Assembly: GCA_965206595.1 (NCBI GenBank) | Contig: OZ242214.1 | Span: 5,696,001 to 5,760,000 of the forward strand | Source: Candidatus Latescibacterota bacterium | GTDB lineage: Bacteria; Latescibacterota; UBA2968; UBA8231 | Direction of reading: 5' to 3' | DNA length: 64,000 bases | In this document: positions 52,753-61,966 of the stretch, piece after piece | How positions within the stretch are numbered: the stretch's first letter is position 1 | Layout of the letters: every line of letters starts with the position of its first letter | The notes under the pieces: generated by a model | What the model saw: the letters and a program-made list of their open reading frames with translations, nothing else | The model's database searches: none | Told to the model about the DNA's origin: nothing | Translations under genes and position numbers: made by a program

Positions 52753-53358
52753 TCAGTTGGTGGCTGCGAAGTTGCGGAGCAGCCTCAACCCGACATGCTG
52801 GCTTTTTTCGGGATGGAACTGCACCCCCCACATGTTTTGGCGAGCGGCTATGGAGGTGTAGTCCAACCCGTAGTCCGTCGTCGCCAGGCAGTCGCTCGAT
52901 TCGTCGCAGTCGACGTAGTACGAATGGACGAAATAGAAAAAGCTGCCTTCGGGAACGCCGTCGAGCAGGTCGTCTTCTTTCTGTTTTATGGCGATCTGGT
53001 TCCAGCCGATTTGCGGCACTCGTTCTCCGCTCGGGAATCGCACCACGCGTCCGGGCAGCATGGACATCCCGCGATGCCTGCCGCGTTCCTCGCTCTCGTC
53101 AAACATAAGCTGCAGTCCGACGCAGATACCGAGAAACGGTTTCCCCGCTTCCACCTGGCGCAGCAGGAAATCGTCCCAACCGCGCTCGCGCAGGTTGCGC
53201 ATGGCATCTCCGAATGCTGCGTCTCCGGGCAACACGAGGTGACTGGCGTCGCGCGCTTCGACCGGATGTTCGACGATGGCGGCATCGAACCCGAGGTACT
53301 CGAAAGCCTTCTGCACACTGCGCAGGTTGCCCATTCCGTAGTCGATGACCGCGATCAT
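52753..53358 (-). CDS. hisH: Imidazole glycerol phosphate synthase, glutaminase subunit
   Basis: DYGMGNL, GICVGLQ, YFVHSY, QFHPEKS. Confidence 0.97.
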   Translation of the reverse strand: MIAVIDYGMGNLRSVQKAFEYLGFDAAIVEHPVEARDASHLVLPGDAAFGDAMRNLRERGWDDFLLRQVEAGKPFLGICVGLQLMFDESEERGRHRGMSMLPGRVVRFPSGERVPQIGWNQIAIKQKEDDLLDGVPEGSFFYFVHSYYVDCDESSDCLATTDYGLDYTSIAARQNMWGVQFHPEKSQHVGLRLLRNFAATN

Positions 53359-54164
53359 CGTCCCAGCTCCCGGGAACGAGCCGTGGCGGCCTGCACCGCG
53401 CTGATCAGGGCGTCTGCAAGTCCCTTGTCGCTGAGCGCCTGCAGTCCCGCGACTGTTGTGCCGTTCGGCGAAGTAACTCGAGCTCTCAGGTTGGCAGGCT
53501 TCTCTCCTGTTTCGAGGACCGTGTGAGCCGCTCCGAGAACTGTCTGGGCGGCAAGGGTAGTGGCGACGTCACCTGGAAGGCCTACCGAAACCCCTCCCTC
53601 AGCGAGTGCTTCTATAATTGAATACACGTAGGCGGGGCCGCTGCCGGACAACCCGGTTACCGCGTCCATCTGAAGCTCCTCGACGACGACGGAAGTTCCA
53701 ACCTGGTCGAACAGCTCCTTGGCGAGCAGCAGCTGTCCTTTTCCGGCGTGTGCTCCGGGACAGATAGCAGTTGCTGCGACTCCGGCAAAAGCCAGCAGCT
53801 GGGGCATGGAGCGAACTACGGCGACGTTCCCTTCCAACCGCGCTTCGATGGCGGCCGTGGTTACTCCCGCCATGATGGAGATCAACAACTGCGCCGGGGT
53901 AATCGAAGGGGAAAGCCGGTCGATCAAACCGGGAGCGATCTGAGGCTTTACAGCCATCAGAATGATATGCTTGTCGGCGATGGCCGCTTCCTGATCGGAG
54001 GTGGTTTCCATTCCCAGTTCAGCCAGCGGCGCCAGCGCGGTCTCATCGATGTCGCAGACCGTAATGTTTTTTGCAGGGACGCGCCCATGGGACACGATCC
54101 CTCGCAGCAGGGCGGCACCCATATTTCCGGCGCCGATGGAAGCGATTTGGCACTGTTCGATCAT
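53355..54164 (-). CDS. proC: Pyrroline-5-carboxylate reductase
   Basis: GAGNMG, AVKPQ, SGSGPAY, VTSPNGTT. Start set at ATG 54164. Confidence 0.95.
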   Translation of the reverse strand: MIEQCQIASIGAGNMGAALLRGIVSHGRVPAKNITVCDIDETALAPLAELGMETTSDQEAAIADKHIILMAVKPQIAPGLIDRLSPSITPAQLLISIMAGVTTAAIEARLEGNVAVVRSMPQLLAFAGVAATAICPGAHAGKGQLLLAKELFDQVGTSVVVEELQMDAVTGLSGSGPAYVYSIIEALAEGGVSVGLPGDVATTLAAQTVLGAAHTVLETGEKPANLRARVTSPNGTTVAGLQALSDKGLADALISAVQAATARSRELGR

Positions 54165-54373
54165 ATTTGAGGACGGAACAGACGGGAAGGCGGGATATAC
54201 AGTAGGAGGTCCACTCTGGAAAGGCGGCAATTTATGATAGACTGCACATTGCGGCCTGTCAATTTTCCGCCCGGTGAGAGATGCCTCAGGCAAGGATTTT
54301 GCAACGAATTGCGGCAGATGGGTAAAAGTTTCTCACCAATCTGTTTCCCAGTCGCGAATGGCACAATTTCTGC

Positions 54374-54403
54374 TTGACGAATTAGTTTCAGCAATGGTAC
54401 ATT
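54374..54403 (+). promoter_or_regulatory. Putative sigma70 promoter of the SWIB gene
   Basis: TTGACG, 18-bp spacer, TACATT with an extended TG. Confidence 0.5.
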
Positions 54404-54580
54404 TTTCCCAATGTACTATTGGCAAAGGTTAGGCAATTCGAAGGAGTTGGCATATTCGCCGGGAACCGAGGGAGGAGGTGATCGAGTGAAGTCCGGCGGT
54501 CCTGCCGCCCCTGTTAGCTTGGATTAGGTTCGCGATTGAGCGAGACCAAGCGCCAGCCGAACACGTAAAGGAGAAAGAGA

Positions 54581-55009
54581 ATGGCCAAGAAAAAGGCAGC
54601 CAAGAAAAAGGCCGCCGCCAAGGGCAAGGTCCCTAAGAAGAAGGCCGTCAAGAAAGCAGTAAAAAAGAAGGCGGCCTCCCCAAAAGCCACGGTCGCCATG
54701 AAGAAGGCCGCCAAGAAAAAGGCGGCCAAAAAAAAAGGCGGTAAGAAGAAAGTGAAACGCCAACCGAACTCCGCTTTCATGAAGCCGTTGCAACCGGATG
54801 AGGCACTGGGTGCCGTCGTCGGCAACAGCCCGTTGCCCCGGACGCAGGTGGTGAAGAAGCTGTGGGTCTACATCCGCAAGCACAAGTTGCAGGACGCGAA
54901 GAACAGGCGCATGATTAACGCCGACGACAAGCTCAGGGCTGTCTTTGGCGGTAAGGATCAGGTAACCATGTTCGAGATGACCAGCCTGGTTAACGAGCAC
55001 CTCGGCTAG
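54581..55009 (+). CDS. SWIB/MDM2-domain protein with a histone H1-like Lys/Ala-rich N-terminus
   Basis: KKAAKKK repeats, then PRTQVVKKLWVYIRKHKLQD..RMINADDKL..VTMFEM. Confidence 0.9.
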   Translation: MAKKKAAKKKAAAKGKVPKKKAVKKAVKKKAASPKATVAMKKAAKKKAAKKKGGKKKVKRQPNSAFMKPLQPDEALGAVVGNSPLPRTQVVKKLWVYIRKHKLQDAKNRRMINADDKLRAVFGGKDQVTMFEMTSLVNEHLG

Positions 55010-55052
55010 GCTAACGGGTCGGCAGCGTCGTTTACTGCATTCACCTTGAAAT

Positions 55053-55087
55053 GAAAAGGGGCTCTCTTCTGGGAGAGCCCCTTTCTC
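55053..55087 (+). terminator. Intrinsic terminator-like hairpin
   Basis: AAAGGGGCTCTC-ttctgg-GAGAGCCCCTTT. Confidence 0.75.
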
Positions 55088-55188
55088 ATGTACTCTTGGT
55101 GGGATTTTTGCCCGTTGGAGATCTGCTTTTATATTCCGGACTACATCCGTAAAGGCCGTACCCACCACACCCCTCTCGACACAACAGC

Positions 55189-56277
55189 ATGAACGCATTT
55201 GTCGCCCTTGAAGACGGCACCGTATTCGAAGGAAACGCCGTCGCCGCCGAGGGCGAGGTCCTCGGCGAAATGGTGTTCAACACCAGCATGACCGGCTACC
55301 AGGAAATTCTCACCGATCCTTCCTATGCCGGACAGATCGTCGCTATGACCTATCCGCACATCGGCAACTACGGTGTAAACCCTGCCGACGCCGAATCGGA
55401 ACGTCCCCAAGTAAAGGGATTCGTGATGCGCGACTGCTGCCGGCGTCCAAGCAATTACGCGGCAACTCAGAGTTTGATTGAATATCTCGTCGAACACGAC
55501 GTCATCGCTATCGAGGGAATCGATACACGCGAACTCACTCGCCGCGTGCGCATACACGGCGTCATGAATGCCGCCATCTCAACTGCCGATCCGGATCCCG
55601 AGGACCTCCTCCGCAAAGCTCGTGAGTGGGAGGGGTTGGGAGGGGTCGACCTCGTTCGCGAGGTATCCTGCGAATCCAGGTACATCGTCCGTCCCGAGGG
55701 GGCCGTCCGTCACCGGGTCGTCGCCTACGACTTCGGTATCAAGCGCAACATCCTGAACAAGCTGACGGAGCTGGGGTGCGAGGTCATCGTGTTACCTGCG
55801 GCGACGCCCTGCGCCGAGGCGCTGGGCCTCGACCCCGACGGCATCTTTCTGTCCAACGGGCCGGGAGATCCGAGAGCCGTCGAATACGCCATCAGGACCA
55901 CCAGGGAACTGGCCGAGTCGGGAAAGCCGATCTTCGGCATATGTCTCGGCCACGAGATCCTGGGGCTGGCCTTCGGCGCCGAGATCTTCCATTTGAAGTT
56001 CGGGCACCGCGGCGCCAACCAGCCGATAAAGGAATACGAGACTGGCCGCATCCTGATCACTTCCGAGAACCACGGTTGGGGCATCAGTCCCGAGAATCTG
56101 CCCGACTGTCTGGAGATCACCCGCCAGAACCTCAACGACGGCTGCGTCGAAGGCCTGCGTCACCGCGAGTTGCCGATTTTTTCGATCCAGTGTCACCCGG
56201 AAGCCTCGCCGGGCCCGCATGACAGCTACCATCTCTTCGGCCATTTCGCCGAGATGATGCGGAAGAACGCTGCTTGA
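55189..56277 (+). CDS. carA: Carbamoyl-phosphate synthase small subunit
   Basis: FNTSMTGYQEILTDPSY, SNGPGDP, GICLGH, HPEASPGPHD. Confidence 0.97.
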   Translation: MNAFVALEDGTVFEGNAVAAEGEVLGEMVFNTSMTGYQEILTDPSYAGQIVAMTYPHIGNYGVNPADAESERPQVKGFVMRDCCRRPSNYAATQSLIEYLVEHDVIAIEGIDTRELTRRVRIHGVMNAAISTADPDPEDLLRKAREWEGLGGVDLVREVSCESRYIVRPEGAVRHRVVAYDFGIKRNILNKLTELGCEVIVLPAATPCAEALGLDPDGIFLSNGPGDPRAVEYAIRTTRELAESGKPIFGICLGHEILGLAFGAEIFHLKFGHRGANQPIKEYETGRILITSENHGWGISPENLPDCLEITRQNLNDGCVEGLRHRELPIFSIQCHPEASPGPHDSYHLFGHFAEMMRKNAA

Positions 56278-56361
56278 GACGCAGGGCGCGGATTGCCGTG
56301 CCCCGGGTTTCTGAAAAGAGGAACGCGGCACACGTCCGCAGGCCAGCCAACCGCCGGACGT

Positions 56362-59055
56362 TCAGGTGGAGACGCCCAGACGCCCGCGCGTGATCTGAAA
56401 ATCCGAGTTGCCGCGGAGCGACAGCTTCGGTGAGGAGGTCCTGGCAGCTACCGCGACCAGGCATTCGAGGAGCGCCCGCGCGACAACCTCGGGGCCCTCG
56501 GACTCATCGATCGACAGGTCGAGATCATCCGCATAGTCCGCTTTGACCGCGTCGCGGCCGCTCACCTGGACCACCGGCACCAGCGGGTGCGTCTGCATCG
56601 GGTGCTCGCCGGCGTGAGCGAGGACGACCTCCACTCCGGTCGCTCCAAGCCCGGTCAGGGTCTCGACCCAGTGATCCGAGGGAGTTTCCATGCAGTAGAA
56701 CCCGGGCAGGGGAAAGCACTCTCCGTGCCCGAGATTGGGTAGCAGTGCGTCGTTGTCCAGTCCGGCGGTGAAAGCGGGGTTCGTTGCAAAGTCGGAGTTT
56801 TCCGCGATGACGACGGTGCCGCCGGCCCCGGCGATCCACCGGCACAGCTGTGAAAAGGCGGCGGCCGTGCTGTCGCCGAGCGGTCCCGAGCAGATCATTC
56901 CCAGGCGCAGACATTCCAGTCCGACATCGGCGTAGTGGGGCTTCTCCATAGCCTCGATCCGGTCCGAGAACCACGCCTCGACCCCGTTCATCACCGACTC
57001 GATGCCGCCGTCCATCTGCACGCTTGCCCAGCCGAATTCCGCTTCGGAGCGGCCCATCTTCTTCAACTGTTCGCGGAAGTAGTCGTTGTGCGTTTTTTCG
57101 CACCCGTGCTCCATCAGCAACCCGACGCTAACCAGCGGGTGGGAGAGGTAGCCGACGAGGGTGCGGGCGTAGATCCCCTCGGTGTCGTAGCCGGTGACGC
57201 CGCATCCTTCGGTATGAACGAGACTGACGAACCGCGTAATTCCCTTTTCGGCCCCGACGGCGCGCGCGTTGAGCCGCTCAGCCGTCAGCCTCGCTATCTG
57301 GCCGGCGCAGAGACTGGTAGGCAGCACCAGGCCGACGCGGTCGGTTGCGGTCGATCCCTCTCTGGCGACTGCGGCCTTGAAACGGATCTCCGGCGCCGTT
57401 TCGGTGGCGATGGGGTGCGGTTCGCCGCTGGGGGCCGGAGCGGCCAGGAGAGTCTCGAGATTCGACTTGTCCCGCTGCGGCCAGTTGCGCCAGATGGAGA
57501 CCTGCGAGTGTCCGGCCTGCTCGCCGCGCGAACGCTGTCCGGAGGCGACCGCCCGGGTGCGCTCGAAGAGATCGGCAGCGAGCTCCTCCATCGGGGTGCC
57601 TTTCTGGTACGCACCGGCGTCGACGTCCATGTCGTCCGCCAGCAGCCGGAAGCGCCGGGAGGTAGTGACGATCTTGATCGTCGGCACGAACGGAAAATTG
57701 GTGATCGAGCCGTTGCCGGTGACGAAGTAGATGAGGTTGCAACCTGCCGCGACCTGACCGGCGATGCTTTCCAGGTCGTTTCCGGGACTGTCCATGAAAT
57801 AGTACCCCGGCTGGCGCATCGGCTCGGCGTAGTCGATGGCGTAGTCGAGACGCACGTCCGGGTCCCTTTTTCTCGCCGCCCCGATCGACTTGAGCACGAT
57901 GTTGTAGAGACCGCGAAACTTGTTGCCCCCGGAAGGATTCCCTTCAGCTGTGGACCCGTGCCAGGCGACGCGTTCCTTGAAGCGCTCGACCATGTGCAGG
58001 AACCGCTGCGCAGTTTCCAGGTCGCGCACGTTCTGAAGTACGTAAGGCTCGGCGCCGATCAGTTCGTCCGTTTCCGCGAGATTGGCCGCGCCGCCGTGGC
58101 GGATCAGCTCCCGCGCCACCCGCGCCGCCAGCGGGTTTCCCGAGATGCCTGAGAAGGCATCGGAGCCGCCGCACTGGAGTGCCAGCTTCAGCCGCGACAG
58201 CGGCTGTTCGGTGCGCTCGTTCCGGTTCAGGGGCTCGAGCCATTCCCTTACCACCCTTTCCCCCTCGGCGATAGCCTCGTCGAAACTGCCGGAGATCGAC
58301 AGGAAGCGGTGGGGCATGTCGTCGATGGCGTAGCCGCCGGCCCGCAGGTATTCCCGCAACTGCGCGTTGGAGACCGATTCGCTGCCGTAGTCGACGGCGA
58401 GCACCGCGCCGACGTTGGGGTGGACGGCGAACCCGGCCAGGGTGCGCAGCAGCAGCTCCTTGTTGTTGGGGGTTCCGAGTCCGCCTCCCTCGGTATGGGC
58501 GATCGCCACTACCCCGTCGAAGTTGGCGTTTTGAGTTCCCTGCAGGCGAGCCGCCAGAAGGCGAGCGTAGCTGGCGGTGCGGGAGGTCGTTCCCAGGATG
58601 ACGGCGTAGTTGCGGGTTCCGGCGCCGCGCCGTCCCCGCGCGTATCCCGAAAAGGTGCCCGCCTGCTCGTGGAATGAAACCTGCCTGCCCGGCCGGAAGC
58701 GGTCCCTGTCGAGCTCGTAGGGACTGATGCGATCCTCGAAATTCGGGGCCGGGGGCAGCTCGAAGTCGATCCTGCGCCCGTTCAGCGCTTCCAGCATCCC
58801 CGGGTTGCAGACGTACGAGCCGGGCTGGATGTCGGCGATCGCGACGCCGAAGGGAAGGCCCCAGGACAGCAGCTCGGTTCCCCGGGCGACAGGCTCCACA
58901 GCGAAGCGGTGGCCCTCCATCACCGTGCAGTCGAGCTCGAAGCGCGCGGTCCCCCGGAGGATGGCCGTACCCTGCTCGAGCCGGCGCGAGGCGATGGCGA
59001 CGTTGTCCCCGGCGGCCGGAAGGCGGCCGGCGTCGTCAAAACTGATTTCAATCAT
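56362..59055 (-). CDS. UxaA/GarD-family dehydratase with SAF domain and duplicated catalytic region
   Basis: DNVAIA (SAF), HTEGGG, LQCGGSDAFSG, GNPSGGNK, MDSPGND; second module with HTEGCG and METP. Confidence 0.85.
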   Translation of the reverse strand: MIEISFDDAGRLPAAGDNVAIASRRLEQGTAILRGTARFELDCTVMEGHRFAVEPVARGTELLSWGLPFGVAIADIQPGSYVCNPGMLEALNGRRIDFELPPAPNFEDRISPYELDRDRFRPGRQVSFHEQAGTFSGYARGRRGAGTRNYAVILGTTSRTASYARLLAARLQGTQNANFDGVVAIAHTEGGGLGTPNNKELLLRTLAGFAVHPNVGAVLAVDYGSESVSNAQLREYLRAGGYAIDDMPHRFLSISGSFDEAIAEGERVVREWLEPLNRNERTEQPLSRLKLALQCGGSDAFSGISGNPLAARVARELIRHGGAANLAETDELIGAEPYVLQNVRDLETAQRFLHMVERFKERVAWHGSTAEGNPSGGNKFRGLYNIVLKSIGAARKRDPDVRLDYAIDYAEPMRQPGYYFMDSPGNDLESIAGQVAAGCNLIYFVTGNGSITNFPFVPTIKIVTTSRRFRLLADDMDVDAGAYQKGTPMEELAADLFERTRAVASGQRSRGEQAGHSQVSIWRNWPQRDKSNLETLLAAPAPSGEPHPIATETAPEIRFKAAVAREGSTATDRVGLVLPTSLCAGQIARLTAERLNARAVGAEKGITRFVSLVHTEGCGVTGYDTEGIYARTLVGYLSHPLVSVGLLMEHGCEKTHNDYFREQLKKMGRSEAEFGWASVQMDGGIESVMNGVEAWFSDRIEAMEKPHYADVGLECLRLGMICSGPLGDSTAAAFSQLCRWIAGAGGTVVIAENSDFATNPAFTAGLDNDALLPNLGHGECFPLPGFYCMETPSDHWVETLTGLGATGVEVVLAHAGEHPMQTHPLVPVVQVSGRDAVKADYADDLDLSIDESEGPEVVARALLECLVAVAARTSSPKLSLRGNSDFQITRGRLGVST

Positions 59056-59080
59056 GGCTGCTGACAGGATGCGTGTGTGT

Positions 59081-60328
59081 TCAGAACAGCTCGAAGTTCC
59101 TTGCGTCCACCCTCTTCGCCTGGTGGGCAAGCACCGCATCCATCAGCTCGATCGCCATGCGCGACTCCAGGGTCACGCTGGCGCGCACTCCCACGCATGG
59201 ATCGTGCCGTCCCTTCTTCAGCTCGAAGTCGGTTTCGCTCAGATCCTTGCGCACCGATTGCTGCGGCGGGAGAATGGTCGACGTCGGTTTGAAGGAGACC
59301 CGGCAGGCCAGGGGCATGCCGGTGGTGACGCCGCCGATGATGCCGCCGTGATGGTTGCTCTGATAGCCTGAGCGACGGATCGGGTCGTTGTTTTCGCTGC
59401 CCCGGCGCGCCACGACCTCGATTCCCGAGCCGACCTCGCACGCCTGCACGGCGTGCAGCCCCCCGAGCGCTCCCATGAGCCTGAGCTTGAAACTGTCGTA
59501 GAGCGGCTCTCCCACCAGCGGAGGCACGTTGACGGCGACGACCTCGATCGCTGCCCCGATCGAGTCGCCCTGCCTGCGGGTCTCGGAAATCAGGTCCGCG
59601 GCGGCGCCTGCGAACTCCGCGTCCAGGGTCCGGATCTCCGACTCTTCCAGTGCCGCCTCCAGCTCCTCGAGCTCTGCCGCGGGCACCCGGCCGTCACCGC
59701 CGGGGGAAAGCTCATGCACGTGGTCGGCCAGCCGCCGCCCTGCCCGCAGCTCGCCGACCTGGCATATCGACGACAGGAAGGCGGTCCCGAACCTGTCCCC
59801 CAGGTACAGCCGGGCGATGGAGCCGCCGAAGACGTCGGATATGGTCGAGCGAAAACTGGAGCGTCCACCGCCGCGCGGGTCCGCGAAGCCCCGGGACTTG
59901 TGATGCTTGACGAGGTCGGTGTGGCCGGGGCGCACGTCCCCGGTGGGGCCGAGGAACTGCTCGTAGTCCGCGGTGCGCTTCGCAGCCGACAGGACGACCG
60001 CGGCGATCGGCTCCCCGGTAGCGAGGCCTTCCTCGTATCCCGGTGCGGAAACCTCCTCATCTCCAACGGCAGCGGCGATTCGCGACCCGGACAGGAGGAG
60101 GTCGTGGTCCTCCGAGTATACCCCGGACAGGATCACCACCTTGTCCCCCTCCCGCCTGGGAGTACCCAGCTTGTTCGAGCCGGGCCGGCGCCTGTCGAGG
60201 TAGCGCTGGATCTCCGACCGGGAGATCCTCTGTCCTGGGGGGCAGCCGAAGACGATTGTGGTGATGGCCGGACCGTGCGATTCCCCGGCTCCGGCCACGG
60301 CGAACAGGGAGCCGCCGAGGATTTCCAT
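59081..60328 (-). CDS. aroC: Chorismate synthase (divergent)
   Basis: GESHG, RRRPG, RPGHTD, RGGGRSS, GDSIG, SFKPTSTI, GRHDPC. Confidence 0.93.
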   Translation of the reverse strand: MEILGGSLFAVAGAGESHGPAITTIVFGCPPGQRISRSEIQRYLDRRRPGSNKLGTPRREGDKVVILSGVYSEDHDLLLSGSRIAAAVGDEEVSAPGYEEGLATGEPIAAVVLSAAKRTADYEQFLGPTGDVRPGHTDLVKHHKSRGFADPRGGGRSSFRSTISDVFGGSIARLYLGDRFGTAFLSSICQVGELRAGRRLADHVHELSPGGDGRVPAAELEELEAALEESEIRTLDAEFAGAAADLISETRRQGDSIGAAIEVVAVNVPPLVGEPLYDSFKLRLMGALGGLHAVQACEVGSGIEVVARRGSENNDPIRRSGYQSNHHGGIIGGVTTGMPLACRVSFKPTSTILPPQQSVRKDLSETDFELKKGRHDPCVGVRASVTLESRMAIELMDAVLAHQAKRVDARNFELF

Positions 60329-60509
60329 TTTGTCGCGCTGTCTCTCGTGCGGCGATAGGCGATAGGGGTAAGGGTCTTTTCGAATGTACGCCCTGTGCTC
60401 CAGGGGAGCACTTTGCCGCGGCAACGGCCGATGGATACTGTCCCGGCTTCGTCGAGAAGGGGCAGGGCTACCCGCAGAGTGCCTTCGCCGCCCCGTCCCC
60501 GATCCCGCT

Positions 60510-61871
60510 TCAGTCGGGCGGGCCGCCGAGCAACCTCTCGATATTGGCGCGTGCCACCGCGAGGTCGTGGCGCGCCCGCACCCGGCTGGTGCGCGCCTGG
60601 GTGAAGTTCACCTGGGCGTCGAGCAGCTCGAGCAGCGTGCCCTGGCCCACCTCGTAGCTCTCTTTGGCGAGCTTCAGGTCTTCCCCGGCGACCGCCAGGG
60701 TTCCCTCGCTGATCTCGAGGATCTTGTCGAGCCGCACGAGCTCGAGATGGGCGGTTTCGACGGCGAGCGCCACCTCCCGCCGCTGTTGCTCGAGGTTTAG
60801 GCGGGTGTTCTCCAGGCCGATGCGGGAGCGCTGGATGCCGGCGCTGCGCACGCCCCCGTCGAAGAGATTGTAGGTCACCGACAGGCCGGCGTTGATGCGG
60901 TAGTTCTGGTCGAAGTCCTGGTACACGCGATCGAACACCTCGTTGTTGCGCCCGTAGGAAAGGCTGCCGCTGAGACGCGGGTGCCAGGCGGACTTTGCCG
61001 ACGAAAGGTCGTGCTCCGCGGCGAGGTGGGCGTATTCCAGTTGCCGGATGTCGTGATTGGAGCTCTCGGCCGCCCGCAAGAGTTCGTCGAGCGGCAGCTC
61101 GGCGAGGGGAAAGGGAGTGTTCTCGACGGGAGCGGCCTGCAGGGGCTCGGAGATCCCCCTCCCCATGAAGTGGTTGAGGCTGGCGCGCGCCAGAACGACC
61201 CCCTGCTCGGCGTTGATCAAGTCGGCCTCGGCATTGCCTACGGCCACCTTCAGGCGCAGCACGTCGGCTCTCACGCCCGCTCCTACCTCGAGTCGCATGG
61301 CTGCCCCCTCGAGCTGCTTCTCGCTGAGCTTGAGAGCCTCGCGCTGGACTTCGAGGAGATCATGTGCCTTGAGCAGGGCGAAGTAGCGCTGTCTCACGCC
61401 GAAGACCGTCTCCGCCCGCTGCGCCTCGAGCGCCGTCTCGGACAGGTTCAGCGCCTGGCGCGCGGCGTTGTGTGCGTGGCGCCGGCTGCCGCCGTCGTAC
61501 AGGGTCTGGCTGACCGATGCGTTCAGGGAGAAGGAGTTGCGGTCGATCGCCGGAATCTGGGTCGTCTCCTCGCGGAAGATGCGCTGGCCGGTCTCCGGAT
61601 CGAACCGGTCCGTCGGGTTTTCCTGGATGCGGACGGACGGTCCCGTGCGCGAGCGGGAGAAGTTCAGCAATGAGACGTTGACGCCGGGCAGCCTGCCGGC
61701 CCCGGCGGACTTGACGTCCATCTCGGAACGGCGGACCGCCTGCGCCGCGAGGCGCATCTGGTTGTTGTGCTCCAGAGCCTGGCGGATGCAATCGTCGAGG
61801 GTCAGGGTGCCGGCTCTCGCCGCGGATGCCGCGGCGGCCAGCAGGGTGAAGAGGGCGATGCTGCGTATCAT
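60510..61871 (-). CDS. TolC family outer-membrane efflux protein
   Basis: Signal peptide, LTLDDCIRQALEHN, YEVGQGTLLELLDAQ. Confidence 0.92.
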   Translation of the reverse strand: MIRSIALFTLLAAAASAARAGTLTLDDCIRQALEHNNQMRLAAQAVRRSEMDVKSAGAGRLPGVNVSLLNFSRSRTGPSVRIQENPTDRFDPETGQRIFREETTQIPAIDRNSFSLNASVSQTLYDGGSRRHAHNAARQALNLSETALEAQRAETVFGVRQRYFALLKAHDLLEVQREALKLSEKQLEGAAMRLEVGAGVRADVLRLKVAVGNAEADLINAEQGVVLARASLNHFMGRGISEPLQAAPVENTPFPLAELPLDELLRAAESSNHDIRQLEYAHLAAEHDLSSAKSAWHPRLSGSLSYGRNNEVFDRVYQDFDQNYRINAGLSVTYNLFDGGVRSAGIQRSRIGLENTRLNLEQQRREVALAVETAHLELVRLDKILEISEGTLAVAGEDLKLAKESYEVGQGTLLELLDAQVNFTQARTSRVRARHDLAVARANIERLLGGPPD

Positions 61872-61966
61872 GGGGTTCCCCTGGTTACTGGCGGAATCGA
61901 AGGCGCGGGAGCGCCGCGGTCGGGATGGCTCGGCGAATGGGTTTCAAGGTATTCGCGGCACGGACA

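Noticed and set aside
55189-56277. carA without adjacent carB as a novelty
   Set aside because: Split carA and carB are common; carB probably lies elsewhere in the genome.
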